Positions 1-9,822 of a stretch of 41,248 nt of DNA are shown piece after piece. The DNA is from a virus (taxonomy: Duplodnaviria > Caudoviricetes). The translations under genes were made by a program, and so were the position numbers. The DNA lies in the IMG/VR virus record IMGVR_UViG_3300042342_001247, positions 1-41,248 of that record. One strand, written 5' to 3'. The notes under the pieces were generated by a model, which worked only from the letters and a program-made list of their open reading frames with translations, was not told the DNA's origin and ran no database searches. The stretch's first letter is position 1, and the number at the start of each line of letters is the position of its first letter.

Positions 1-2
1 CA

Positions 3-917
3 GGGATATTGAAGTATGAGAATATTTCATCACTTAAAACTGCGGATTGGGGTGAGAATATTGATAATCTAATTGATATTCCAAAACAACCAATTCAGAT
101 TAAAACATATCCGTTTGGTCAAACTATCTTCCCAGAAGCAACTGCGGCATTCCGTATTGGTATGGGAACACAGGCAGTAGTAAACTTTCCACCATTAACT
201 GCAAAGTATCTGTATCAGAGATTTACAGAACATATCAAAGACCAAAAGGTTATAAACATTTATGACCCATCGGCAGGTTGGGGTGGTAGAATTTTAGGAG
301 CATTATCAGTAGATGATAGAAACATTCACTATATTGGTAATGACCCTAATACTGAAAATCAAATACCTGAAATTGGTAAGACGAGATATGAGTATTTAGC
401 AGAATTCTTTAACAACAAGATTCCAGGTGCAAGTAATCCTTTTTGGGGACATCAAAATACTTATGAAATCTTTACAACAGGTTCGGAGATAATTCATTTA
501 GATGGTAATTTTCAAAAGTATAAGGGTAAGTTAGATTTTGCATTTACATCTCCACCATACTTTGATAGAGAAAGATACTCAAATGATGAAACACAATCAT
601 TTAAGAAATTCAATAACTACGATAGTTGGAGAGATGGATTTTTAAGACCTACACTAACAACTGCATTTGAATATCTTCGTAATGATAGATACATTCTTTG
701 GAATATTGCGGATATTAAAGTGGGTAAGGATAAGTTTTTCCCATTGGAGCAGGATTCAATTGATATTCTTACAGAGTTGGGTTGTGAATATAAGGGTAAG
801 ATTAAAATGACAATGAGTCCGATGACGGGTGTTGATTTGAGTGGAGTGAAAAATAGTATGAAGATAGGTGATATGGTTTACAAATATGAACCAATCTTTA
901 TTTTCTACAAACCTTAA
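3..917 (+). CDS. DNA amino-methyltransferase (N4-C/N6-A), 5' truncated
   Basis: SAM-binding motif YDPSAGWGG followed by catalytic FTSPPY. The frame is open to the window edge, so the TTG at 9 is probably not the true start. Confidence 0.8.
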   Translation, partial: GILKYENISSLKTADWGENIDNLIDIPKQPIQIKTYPFGQTIFPEATAAFRIGMGTQAVVNFPPLTAKYLYQRFTEHIKDQKVINIYDPSAGWGGRILGALSVDDRNIHYIGNDPNTENQIPEIGKTRYEYLAEFFNNKIPGASNPFWGHQNTYEIFTTGSEIIHLDGNFQKYKGKLDFAFTSPPYFDRERYSNDETQSFKKFNNYDSWRDGFLRPTLTTAFEYLRNDRYILWNIADIKVGKDKFFPLEQDSIDILTELGCEYKGKIKMTMSPMTGVDLSGVKNSMKIGDMVYKYEPIFIFYKP

Positions 918-926
918 AAATAACAA

Positions 927-3488
927 ATGTATCAAAACATATTTTACGAAAGAGCACAAAATCTTATCCACCTATGGGATGATAAAAATGGTTATCAAAC
1001 ATTTCCATACCGAAAGTATGCATATAAGAAAGACCCGTATGGACAACATACATCAATGCATGGTGATAGATTAACTCGTATTTCAAAGTGGGAAAAGGAT
1101 GAAGCTGAAGATTTATTTGAATCAGATGTACCCGAAACCACTAGAGTATTAGTTGATATATACGATTCCGACATTCCATCAAAAGGAAACAGAACAATGA
1201 CTTTTGATATAGAAGTTGAAATGGTTAGTGGATTACCTAACACTCAATTTGCACAAAATGAAATTACTGCAATAGCATCACATGATGGTGTTACTAAATT
1301 GTACGATGTATTTGTATTAGATAAAGCAAGAAAAGTTAAAAACAATGCAAAACAATTCAGTAAAGATGGTAGAGATGTCAAACTGCATATTTTTGATAAT
1401 GAGAAAAATCTTCTAATTGCATTTCTTAATTATTATGAAGAAGTTAATCCAACAATCCTAACAGGTTGGAACATTGACTTTTTTGATATTCCGTATCTTT
1501 ACAATCGTATTAAGAACGTATGTGGGGAAGGACATGCAAAACGATTATCTCCAATTGGACAAACCTTTTATTCACCTTACAGACAGAAGTGGAGTTTTGC
1601 GGGTGTATCTATTTTGGATTATATCAATCTATATAAGAACTATAACTATGGATTAGAATCATCCTATACTCTAAATCACATTGCTACCAAAGAATTGGGT
1701 AGAGGTAAGATTGAGTATGAAGGAAGTTTGGATGATTTGTTTGAAAACGATTTGGAGAAATTTATTGAATATAACATTGTCGATGTGGACTTGGTTGTAT
1801 CAATGGATGAGAAACTTCAATTCATTGAGTTATGTAGAGCAATCTGCCACGCGGGATTCGTTCCGTATGAAGATTATATGTTCTCATCAAAGTATTTAGA
1901 AGGAGCATGTTTAGCATATCTTAAAACTAAAGGGTTGGTTGCACCAAATAAACCAAAGGATAGGAAAGAAAAGATGCAAGCACTTCGTGATAACAACGAA
2001 GAGAAATTTATCGGAGCTTATGTAAAAGAACCTATTGTTGGTAAGTATGATTGGATTTATGATTTGGATTTAACATCACTATATCCATCAATCATTATGA
2101 CTCTGAATATCTCACCTGAAACGAAGATTGGTAAAATTCAGAATTGGGATGCAGAGCATTGGGTTAGAGGTGGAGATGCTAGTTATACAATTGTAGGTTC
2201 TGGAGGAGATAAATACGAATATACAAAGCAAGAATTAACCGAAGTTATTAAAGATAGTAATTTAGGGGTAGCAGCAAATGGTGTATTGTATAATCAAGAT
2301 AAACCAGGATTGATTGCAGATATTTTGGATACATGGTTCAAACAAAGGGTTGAATTCCGTAAATTAGAAAAACAATATGGTGAAGCAGGTGATACTGAAA
2401 AATATGAATTCTATGCCAAACGTCAATTAGTACAAAAGATTCTTTTGAACTCAATGTATGGGGTGTTAGGATTACCCGCATTTCGTTTCTATGATATTGA
2501 TAATGCAGAAGCAGTTACAATAACAGGTCAGACTGTGATTAAGAAAACTGCTGAAATGGCAAATATCAAGTATAATAAGGAGTTGGGTACGAAAGAAGAT
2601 TACAACGTATACATCGATACGGATTCAATTTATATGATGGCAGAACCTTTGGTAAAACATAGATATCCAGAATACAAAGAGTTTGATGAGCAACGAATGG
2701 CAAGTGAAGTTAATATAATTGCTGAAGAAACACAAACATTCTTAAATTCATTTTATGATTTATTAGCTGAAAGATTCTTTTGTATTCCAAAAGATAAACA
2801 CAGATTTGAAATCAAAAAGGAATATATCTCCAAAGCAGGATTTTGGGTAGCAAAGAAACGATACGCACAATGGATGGTATTGAAGAACGGCATTAAATGT
2901 GATAAGTTGGATGTAAAAGGTTTGGATGTAGTTCGTTCATCTTTCCCAAAAGCGTTTCAGGAATATATGTCAGGTATGTTGAAAGATATTCTTATGGGTA
3001 AAGATAATGAATACGTTGATACAAAGTTATTAGCATTTAAAGCTAGTATGATTAATCTACCTGTAAACAAAATAGCAAAAGGTGGAGCTATTAAGGAATT
3101 GAGTAAATACGATAACGGGAAGTGGAGAAAGGATAGTGGTTTGGCAATTGCTAACTTTGAAAAGGGAACACCTGCTCACGTTAAAGCTGGGATTTCGTAT
3201 AACCGATTATTGAAATTCTTTGATTGTCCGTTTAAGCATGAACCAATTAGAGATGGTGATAAGGTTAAGTGGGTGTATTTAAGACAAAACCCATTAGGAT
3301 TAGATACAGTTGCATTTAAAGATTACAATGACCCAAAAGAAATTATGGACTTTGTAGAGCAATATGTAGATAGAGATATGATTTTCAAAGCAGAGTTAGA
3401 GAATAAATTAGATGATTTTTACAAAGCATTGAAATGGGAAAAAGCATCAACTGAAACACAAACTGCAAAAAAGTTTTTTACATTTTAA
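927..3488 (+). CDS. polB: Family B DNA polymerase with 3'-5' exonuclease (T4 gp43-like)
   Basis: ExoI FDIEVE, ExoII GWNIDFFDIPY, ExoIII YNIVDV; polymerase motifs DLTSLYPSII, KILLNSMYG, YIDTDS; aromatic C-terminal tail KKFFTF. Confidence 0.97.
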   Translation: MYQNIFYERAQNLIHLWDDKNGYQTFPYRKYAYKKDPYGQHTSMHGDRLTRISKWEKDEAEDLFESDVPETTRVLVDIYDSDIPSKGNRTMTFDIEVEMVSGLPNTQFAQNEITAIASHDGVTKLYDVFVLDKARKVKNNAKQFSKDGRDVKLHIFDNEKNLLIAFLNYYEEVNPTILTGWNIDFFDIPYLYNRIKNVCGEGHAKRLSPIGQTFYSPYRQKWSFAGVSILDYINLYKNYNYGLESSYTLNHIATKELGRGKIEYEGSLDDLFENDLEKFIEYNIVDVDLVVSMDEKLQFIELCRAICHAGFVPYEDYMFSSKYLEGACLAYLKTKGLVAPNKPKDRKEKMQALRDNNEEKFIGAYVKEPIVGKYDWIYDLDLTSLYPSIIMTLNISPETKIGKIQNWDAEHWVRGGDASYTIVGSGGDKYEYTKQELTEVIKDSNLGVAANGVLYNQDKPGLIADILDTWFKQRVEFRKLEKQYGEAGDTEKYEFYAKRQLVQKILLNSMYGVLGLPAFRFYDIDNAEAVTITGQTVIKKTAEMANIKYNKELGTKEDYNVYIDTDSIYMMAEPLVKHRYPEYKEFDEQRMASEVNIIAEETQTFLNSFYDLLAERFFCIPKDKHRFEIKKEYISKAGFWVAKKRYAQWMVLKNGIKCDKLDVKGLDVVRSSFPKAFQEYMSGMLKDILMGKDNEYVDTKLLAFKASMINLPVNKIAKGGAIKELSKYDNGKWRKDSGLAIANFEKGTPAHVKAGISYNRLLKFFDCPFKHEPIRDGDKVKWVYLRQNPLGLDTVAFKDYNDPKEIMDFVEQYVDRDMIFKAELENKLDDFYKALKWEKASTETQTAKKFFTF

Positions 3489-3490
3489 TT

Positions 3491-4237
3491 ATGGAAAGTT
3501 TAAAATTTTGGAATACTGATGAGTTCGATTTTGCTACATATAAATGGCGATTAAAAGAACGAATTAATAAAGAAATATTAGGAAATGCAACCGATCCTGG
3601 TAACTGCTATTATACTTTTAATGAGTTGGGGTTTAGAGGTGATTCTGTAAAAAAAAAAGGATTAAAAATTATGAGTGTGGGGTGCGGCCACACCGAAGGA
3701 ATCGATGTAAATGATAGAGAAACATGGTCACATCATTTAACTAGAATGCTTCCAAATGGAGTAGATTTTAATTTAGGGATAAGTGGTGGAAGTAATGATT
3801 ACATAGCTAGAAGTGTCCTAACATGGACAGAGTATTTGAATCCGGCTATCGTATTAATTATGTATACATATCCAACGAAACGAGAAATATATACAGACGC
3901 AGGTAATTTAGAACCGTATCATCCAATTCCTTGGGGGTACTTAAACGAAGATTTGGATGGTAGAAAATTATGGTCTAATATAATATCATCCACGTCAAAT
4001 GAAGAAGATTACATTAATTGGTATAAAAATCATTTATTAATATCAAATTATTTAAAAAATAAACAGATACCATTTATTTGGAATGGAACATTTGTTAAAA
4101 CTAAATATATGGATGAAAATAGATTTGATGGAGAATACCCGTGTTTCATAGATAATAACAAATACGCAAATTCAATTCAAAATGAATTATATGCTAAAAA
4201 ATTATTAACATATTTTGAAAATAATTTTGAAATGTAA
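3491..4237 (+). CDS. SGNH/GDSL-like protein, catalytically degenerate
   Basis: NELGFRG, then SVGCGHTEG (block I with Ser replaced by Gly), NLGISGGSND (block II); the C-terminal DxH position reads DNNKYAN. Confidence 0.6.
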   Translation: MESLKFWNTDEFDFATYKWRLKERINKEILGNATDPGNCYYTFNELGFRGDSVKKKGLKIMSVGCGHTEGIDVNDRETWSHHLTRMLPNGVDFNLGISGGSNDYIARSVLTWTEYLNPAIVLIMYTYPTKREIYTDAGNLEPYHPIPWGYLNEDLDGRKLWSNIISSTSNEEDYINWYKNHLLISNYLKNKQIPFIWNGTFVKTKYMDENRFDGEYPCFIDNNKYANSIQNELYAKKLLTYFENNFEM

Positions 4238-4256
4238 AAAAAATAAATTATATTAT
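4226..4256 (+). promoter_or_regulatory. Putative Bacteroidota-type (-33/-7) promoter
   Basis: TTTG(4226)-19 nt-TATATTAT(4249), upstream of ATG 4278; same layout at four other sites. Confidence 0.45.
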
Positions 4257-4277
4257 TAAAAATAAATTATAAATAAA

Positions 4278-4574
4278 ATGAAAAAACAATTAGAACTATT
4301 TCCAAATGAGGAATTGCAATCACAAGGTAGTGTTAATATTACAGAACCACATCCAATCGCAGATGTAGAATGGTGTTTTCAATTTTTTAATAATGAACCT
4401 ATTGTATTTGCATGGGGAGATGAAAATTCTGAACCATCACCACTAACATTAAGCATTCAACCAATAGAAGGACAGGGATTAAATTTTCAACAAAATGGGA
4501 TGGAATTCACAATCTTCCCAAGACCAATTTCAGAAGAATCAAAATTAGAGAGAGAAAAATCTAAAAAAAAATAA
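4278..4574 (+). CDS. Hypothetical protein with N-terminal QLELF clamp-binding-like motif
   Basis: 98 aa ORF with A-rich leader; begins MKKQLELF; directly upstream of the clamp loader. Confidence 0.7.
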   Translation: MKKQLELFPNEELQSQGSVNITEPHPIADVEWCFQFFNNEPIVFAWGDENSEPSPLTLSIQPIEGQGLNFQQNGMEFTIFPRPISEESKLEREKSKKK

Positions 4575-4584
4575 CTAATTAATT

Positions 4585-5532
4585 ATGAGCTTTTTTGAAA
4601 ACGATATTAGTAAGAGAGAACATAGTTTGTGGGTGGAAAAATACCGCCCACAAACACTTTCCGAATATGTTGGTAATGAAACCGTAAAGGAAACCATTCA
4701 ACAATATTTGGATAATAACGATATTCCACATTTGCTATTACATGGTAAAGCAGGGACGGGTAAAACCACACTTGCAAAACTTATTGTAAATACAATCAAA
4801 TGTGATAGTATGATTATTAACGCATCGGATGAGAACAATGTGGATACCGTTCGTAACAAGGTTAAGAACTTTGCATCCTCAATGGGATTTGCAGGATTTA
4901 AGATTATCATTTTGGATGAGTTTGATTATATGACTCCAAACGCACAGGCAATCTTGCGTAATCTAATGGAGACATTCTCTAAACATTGTAGATTTATCTT
5001 AACGTGTAATTATCACGAAAAGATTATTGACCCAATTAAAAGTAGATGTCAAACATTTGCAATCACACCTCCTACAAAGAAAGATGTTGCAATTCAGGTT
5101 ACTAGAATTTTAGATGCGGAAAAAATTAAATACGATGTTAAAAATGTTGCCGATATCATTAGTTCATATTACCCTGATATTCGTAGAATCTTAAATACTT
5201 GTCAATTACAATCTGCAAAAGGAGAATTGAAAGTAGACCATCAAATTATGGTGGAATCTAATTTTCAAACCAAACTCGTAGATTTGTTAAAAGCAAATGA
5301 TGATAAACGAAATATGTTTATGAACATCAGACAAGCAGTTGCGGACAATCGTTTAAATGATTATTCTGAAATGTATTCTATGTTGTATAGTAGAGTAGAT
5401 GAATACGCGGCAGGTAATACGGCAAATGTAATTTTGACAATCGCAGAAGGATTATCCAAAGATGCATTAGTAGTAGATAAAGAAATAGTGTTTATGAGTA
5501 CAATTATTCAAATTTTAAATATTATAAAATAA
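4585..5532 (+). CDS. Clamp loader AAA+ ATPase subunit (RFC small subunit / T4 gp44-like)
   Basis: LWVEKYRP, Walker A GKAGTGKT, NASDE, Walker B ILDEFD, SRC motif, DIRR sensor. Confidence 0.95.
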   Translation: MSFFENDISKREHSLWVEKYRPQTLSEYVGNETVKETIQQYLDNNDIPHLLLHGKAGTGKTTLAKLIVNTIKCDSMIINASDENNVDTVRNKVKNFASSMGFAGFKIIILDEFDYMTPNAQAILRNLMETFSKHCRFILTCNYHEKIIDPIKSRCQTFAITPPTKKDVAIQVTRILDAEKIKYDVKNVADIISSYYPDIRRILNTCQLQSAKGELKVDHQIMVESNFQTKLVDLLKANDDKRNMFMNIRQAVADNRLNDYSEMYSMLYSRVDEYAAGNTANVILTIAEGLSKDALVVDKEIVFMSTIIQILNIIK

Positions 5533-5768
5533 TGGAACAAGGATTACCAAATGGTATCAGTTTAAATGATGCGAGAGATATGGTGTGTGAATGTGGAAAT
5601 AAAACATTTATGCCAGGATATAGATTTAAAAAATTAAGTAAAATAATGACTGGTAATGCTCAAGATTCAATCATTCCAATTGAAATGTATTTATGTACTC
5701 AATGTGGAAAAGCATTGCAGGAATTATTACCTTTGGAATTGAGAGACACACCATCATCAATAGTATAA
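5532..5768 (+). CDS. Small zinc-ribbon protein
   Basis: CECG...CTQCG; TAATG coupling to the clamp loader gene. Confidence 0.7.
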   Translation: MEQGLPNGISLNDARDMVCECGNKTFMPGYRFKKLSKIMTGNAQDSIIPIEMYLCTQCGKALQELLPLELRDTPSSIV

Positions 5769-5770
5769 TA

Positions 5771-6223
5771 ATGGCAGGAAAAAAGTTATTTGACCACATT
5801 GCTGCAATTACATCGGAGCAAGACCCAAACTACTTTGATAAATTATCGGAGGAAGATATTAAGACATGGAGTAACTTTATGATTAATAGATTCCTTTCGA
5901 TGAAACCTGAATGGGTAGAATTGATTGCAACTATATTACCTCTGACTCAAACATTAGAACCTAGAGAAATGTATAAGTTGTATATCAGTATTATACCTAA
6001 AGGTAAATATTATCTTAAATACATCAAAGGAAAAGGAGAAGAAAAATACGAATCATTTTTAGTTGATTTAATTAAAAAAGATTACGATTGTTCCGAAAGA
6101 CAATCAATTGATTACATTGAAGTTTTATATGCAACCAGAGAAGGTAGAGAAAATATAAAATATATGTGCGAAAAATATGGTACTGACAAAAAGTTAATAA
6201 CCAAATTAAAATTAAAGATTTAA
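5771..6223 (+). CDS. Clamp loader small subunit (T4 gp62-like)
   Basis: LFDHIAAIT...WSNFMINRFLSM...IPKGK resembles gp62-type proteins; close to the gp44-like gene. Start moved to ATG 5771 to remove a long overlap. Confidence 0.7.
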   Translation: MAGKKLFDHIAAITSEQDPNYFDKLSEEDIKTWSNFMINRFLSMKPEWVELIATILPLTQTLEPREMYKLYISIIPKGKYYLKYIKGKGEEKYESFLVDLIKKDYDCSERQSIDYIEVLYATREGRENIKYMCEKYGTDKKLITKLKLKI

Positions 6224-6225
6224 TG

Positions 6226-6257
6226 CTAGGAAAATAGGAATAAATTGTGTATATTGT
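6226..6257 (+). promoter_or_regulatory. Putative Bacteroidota-type promoter (variant)
   Basis: CTAG(6226)-20 nt-TATATTGT(6250) in the gap before ATG 6274. Confidence 0.4.
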
Positions 6258-6273
6258 ATTTAAATAACACACT

Positions 6274-7140
6274 ATGGCTAAAGTTTCATTTTCCCAATAT
6301 AGTATGTGGTCTGCATGCCCACATCAATACAAACTGGCGTATATAGATGGTTTGAGAGAATCATCATCCAATATACACACCGTTTTTGGTTCCGCAATGC
6401 ATGAGACTTTGCAAGAATATTTAAGTAGATGTTTGCGTATTTCCAAATCGCAAGCAGATAAGAATATGAATACAAAAGAGTTTCTCAAAGAAAAAATGCG
6501 AGAATCCTTTTTAAAAGAATCAAACGAAGGACAGAACCCAATATGTTCCAAAGAGGAGTTAGTTGAGTTTTTAGAAGATGGGTATCTTATTTTAGATTAC
6601 TTTCAGAAATCTAAAAATTTCAATAATTTTTTCTCACTAAAAGATGACGAGTTAATTGCAATTGAGCAGGTAATCAATACAAAGATTTCAGAAAATGTCA
6701 ATTTTATGGGATTTATTGATTTCATCGTTAGAAGTAAATCAACAGGTAGATATCGTATTACTGATTTCAAAACCTCAACTAGAGGATGGACTAAAAACCA
6801 AAAAGCAGACTCGATTAAAAGCACACAATTACTTTTATACAAAAAATTTTACGCAGAATTACTAAATATATCCGAAGATGTAATTGATGTGGAATTCATA
6901 ATTCTAAAGCGTAAGGTATCTGAAAATACAGATTATAACATCCCTCGTATCAGTAGACACGTACCTGCAAGTGGTAAACCTTCTATGACCAAATCATGGA
7001 AAGGATTTACTGAATTCGTTAATAGTGTGTTTGACCAGAATGGGGAATATAATGTAGATTCAAAATACCCCAAACATCCATCAAAATTATGTGATTGGTG
7101 TGAGTTTAAACAAAGAGGAATTTGTGACGGAAAAATATAA
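6274..7140 (+). CDS. PD-(D/E)XK nuclease, Cas4/RecB/AddB-like
   Basis: SFSQY..ACP, GSAMHE, GFID...DFKT, QLLLY, C-terminal CDWC...C (1+3 Cys pattern typical of Fe-S binding). Confidence 0.88.
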   Translation: MAKVSFSQYSMWSACPHQYKLAYIDGLRESSSNIHTVFGSAMHETLQEYLSRCLRISKSQADKNMNTKEFLKEKMRESFLKESNEGQNPICSKEELVEFLEDGYLILDYFQKSKNFNNFFSLKDDELIAIEQVINTKISENVNFMGFIDFIVRSKSTGRYRITDFKTSTRGWTKNQKADSIKSTQLLLYKKFYAELLNISEDVIDVEFIILKRKVSENTDYNIPRISRHVPASGKPSMTKSWKGFTEFVNSVFDQNGEYNVDSKYPKHPSKLCDWCEFKQRGICDGKI

Positions 7141-7151
7141 AAAACAATAAT

Positions 7152-7159
7152 TATTTATA
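7152..7159 (+). promoter_or_regulatory. Recurrent TATTTATA upstream motif (putative late promoter)
   Basis: In the gap before ATG 7170; same octamer precedes several other gene blocks. Confidence 0.4.
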
Positions 7160-7169
7160 AAAATAAGTT

Positions 7170-8552
7170 ATGGCAAAAAAGAAGATTTTATTATTATCAG
7201 ACGATTTACGAATGGCGAGTGGTATCGCTAATGTTTCCAAACAATTGGTTATGGGAACCGTTGATAAATATGATTGGGTTCAATTAGGAGCAGCAATCAA
7301 ACACCCAGAAGCAGGTAAGATTTTAGATTTAAATGATAGCGTTAGAGAGCAAACTGGTGTTGCTGATGCTAGTGTAAAAATTTACCCATCAGATGGATAT
7401 GGTAATCCAGGTATTATTCGTCAATTGTTGATGGTTGAAAAACCTGATGCAATTCTCCACTTTACTGACCCTCGTTACTGGATTTGGTTATATGAGATGG
7501 AGCACGAAATTCGTCAATCAGTACCCCTTTTCTTTTATCACATTTGGGATGATTTACCAGACCCTAAATACAATAGAGATTACTACGAAAGTTGTGATTG
7601 GATTGGTTGTATTTCAAAACAAACTTATGGTATTACCCGTAGAGTGTGGGGATGGGATAAAGAAAAACATTGGACTAAACCTGCTGATTGGCAAGTAAGT
7701 TATGTACCTCACGGCATTAATTCCGATTTATATAAGCCAGTTGAAGTACCTGCTGAATTTAAAAAGGAAATCTTTGGTGAAAAAGAATACGATTTTGTTT
7801 TGTATTGGAATAATAGAAACATTCGTAGAAAACAACCAATTGATGTAATTCTTGCATTCGATAAGTTTGTGGAGGCATTATCACCAGAACATAGAAGTAA
7901 AGTATGTTTATTAATGCATACTCAACCCGTAGAAGAACATGGTACTGATTTACCAAGAACTATAGCAGAGTGTTGTTCACCTGAAACAAATGTAGTATTT
8001 GCACCAAACAGATATTCAGAAGAGCAATTGAACTATCTTTATAATTTAGGAGATGTAACAATTAATGTGGCATCTAATGAAGGATTTGGATTGGCAACGG
8101 CTGAATCAGTAATGGCTGGAACTCCAATCATTGTAACGGTAACGGGTGGATTGCAAGACCAATGTGGATTTAGAGATATTACAACTGGTAAACTACTAAC
8201 CGCAGAAGATTATGTACAGATTGGTTCATTGCATGATAGACACAAAAAAGCAGGTGTAGTTTGGGGAGATTGGGTTAAACCAATTTGGCCAGTTCGTTCA
8301 ACAACGGGTTCAGTTCCTACTCCTTACATCTTTGATGATAGAGTTGATTTTGAAGATATATCACCATTGATTATGGAATGGTATTTAACTCCAAAAGAAG
8401 ATAGAGATGCAGCAGCATTGAAAGGTAGAAAGTGGATGTTGGGAGATGGTTTGTTGAGCAGAGAAGCAATGTGTAAAACATTAGTAGATGGCATGGAAGG
8501 TGCATTTGAAAATTGGACACCAAAGAAAAAATTTAAGTTAATAGAGTTATAA
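7170..8552 (+). CDS. Glycosyltransferase, GT-B fold (GT4-like)
   Basis: SGIA loop, YVPHGI, NRNIRRK, EGFGLATAESVMAGTPII (Ex7E). Confidence 0.9.
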   Translation: MAKKKILLLSDDLRMASGIANVSKQLVMGTVDKYDWVQLGAAIKHPEAGKILDLNDSVREQTGVADASVKIYPSDGYGNPGIIRQLLMVEKPDAILHFTDPRYWIWLYEMEHEIRQSVPLFFYHIWDDLPDPKYNRDYYESCDWIGCISKQTYGITRRVWGWDKEKHWTKPADWQVSYVPHGINSDLYKPVEVPAEFKKEIFGEKEYDFVLYWNNRNIRRKQPIDVILAFDKFVEALSPEHRSKVCLLMHTQPVEEHGTDLPRTIAECCSPETNVVFAPNRYSEEQLNYLYNLGDVTINVASNEGFGLATAESVMAGTPIIVTVTGGLQDQCGFRDITTGKLLTAEDYVQIGSLHDRHKKAGVVWGDWVKPIWPVRSTTGSVPTPYIFDDRVDFEDISPLIMEWYLTPKEDRDAAALKGRKWMLGDGLLSREAMCKTLVDGMEGAFENWTPKKKFKLIEL

Positions 8553-8553
8553 T

Positions 8554-9822
8554 ATGAAACCAACATTAGTATTTCAGGCACCGATTGCAACAAGAAGTGG
8601 ATATGGTGACCACGCGAGAGATTTATTACATTCTCTATATAAATTAGATAAATTTGATATTAAAATTATTAGCACTCGTTGGGGGAATACCCCAATGGAT
8701 GCTCTTAATTATGATAATCAATTTCACAAATGGGCTGTAGATAATATCATCCCACAAATTACAGAAAAACCTGACATTTATATTCAAGTTACAGTCCCAA
8801 ATGAATTTCAACCATTAGGATTTTATAATATTGGAATTACTGCGGCAATTGAAACAACACATTGTGCATTAGATTGGATTCATGGATGTAATAGAATGGA
8901 TTTGATTATAGTTCCATCAGAACATTCAAAGAAAAGTTTAGTAGATACGGTATATAATGAACAAGATAAACAAAGCGGACAATTAATTGCACAACATAGA
9001 ATTCAAAAACCTGTTGAAATTCTATTTGAAGGATTTGATGAAACAATGTTTGGAACAGATGAGGTTGCTATTGTTTCGGAATTAGACCAAATCAAAGAAG
9101 AGTTTGCATTCCTATTCGTAGGTCATTGGTTAAGAGGTGATTTGGGAGAAGATAGAAAGAATGTGGGAATGATGATAAAAACATTCGCAATGGCATTCAA
9201 AAATGAAAAGGTAAAACCCGCATTAGTTCTTAAAACATCTTCAGCAGGGTTCTCTGTAATGGATAGAGAAACCACTATTAAAAAAATTAGAGAAGTATTG
9301 GGTAATGATTATAAATCAGTTCCAATTTATTTGTTGCATGGTGATTTAACACCTGTTGAAATGAACGGATTATACGAACATCCAAAAGTAAAAGCAATGT
9401 TAAACTTTACAAAAGGTGAAGGATTTGGTAGACCCCTATTGGAATTCAGTTTAACAGGTAAGCCTGTAATTGTTTCCAATTGGAGTGGACATTTGGATTT
9501 CTTAAAGCAAGGAGCTGTTTTATTAGAAGGTGAATTAAAGCAGGTACATGAATCAGCTGCAGACCAATTCTTATTAAAAGAATCACAATGGTTTAATGTA
9601 AATATTTCAAAGGCACTATCATCCATAAAAGATGTTTATAAGAACTATGAAAAATACAAAAAGGCATCTATACAATTGGGTAAACAAAACAAACAAAACT
9701 TTGGATTGGAAAAAATGACTAAATTGTTTGATGGAATTTTGAATCAATATGGTATTTATAATAAGATACAACCAAAGTTCCAGCAACTTCAATTACCTAA
9801 ACTAAAAATGTTAAATAAGTAG
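8554..9822 (+). CDS. Glycosyltransferase, GT-B fold (GT4-like)
   Basis: SGYG loop, IVPSEH, FLFVG, DRKN, EGFGRPLLEFSLTGKPVI. Confidence 0.9.
   Translation: MKPTLVFQAPIATRSGYGDHARDLLHSLYKLDKFDIKIISTRWGNTPMDALNYDNQFHKWAVDNIIPQITEKPDIYIQVTVPNEFQPLGFYNIGITAAIETTHCALDWIHGCNRMDLIIVPSEHSKKSLVDTVYNEQDKQSGQLIAQHRIQKPVEILFEGFDETMFGTDEVAIVSELDQIKEEFAFLFVGHWLRGDLGEDRKNVGMMIKTFAMAFKNEKVKPALVLKTSSAGFSVMDRETTIKKIREVLGNDYKSVPIYLLHGDLTPVEMNGLYEHPKVKAMLNFTKGEGFGRPLLEFSLTGKPVIVSNWSGHLDFLKQGAVLLEGELKQVHESAADQFLLKESQWFNVNISKALSSIKDVYKNYEKYKKASIQLGKQNKQNFGLEKMTKLFDGILNQYGIYNKIQPKFQQLQLPKLKMLNK

Noticed and set aside
927-3488. Intein or intron in the DNA polymerase
   Set aside because: Motifs are contiguous at normal spacing in 853 aa; no splice or homing endonuclease signatures.
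4268-4275. T4 late promoter TATAAATA on the + strand (also 19300-19307)
   Set aside because: Seen at only two gene boundaries, both already explained by the -33/-7 motif; the reverse form TATTTATA is the recurring one.
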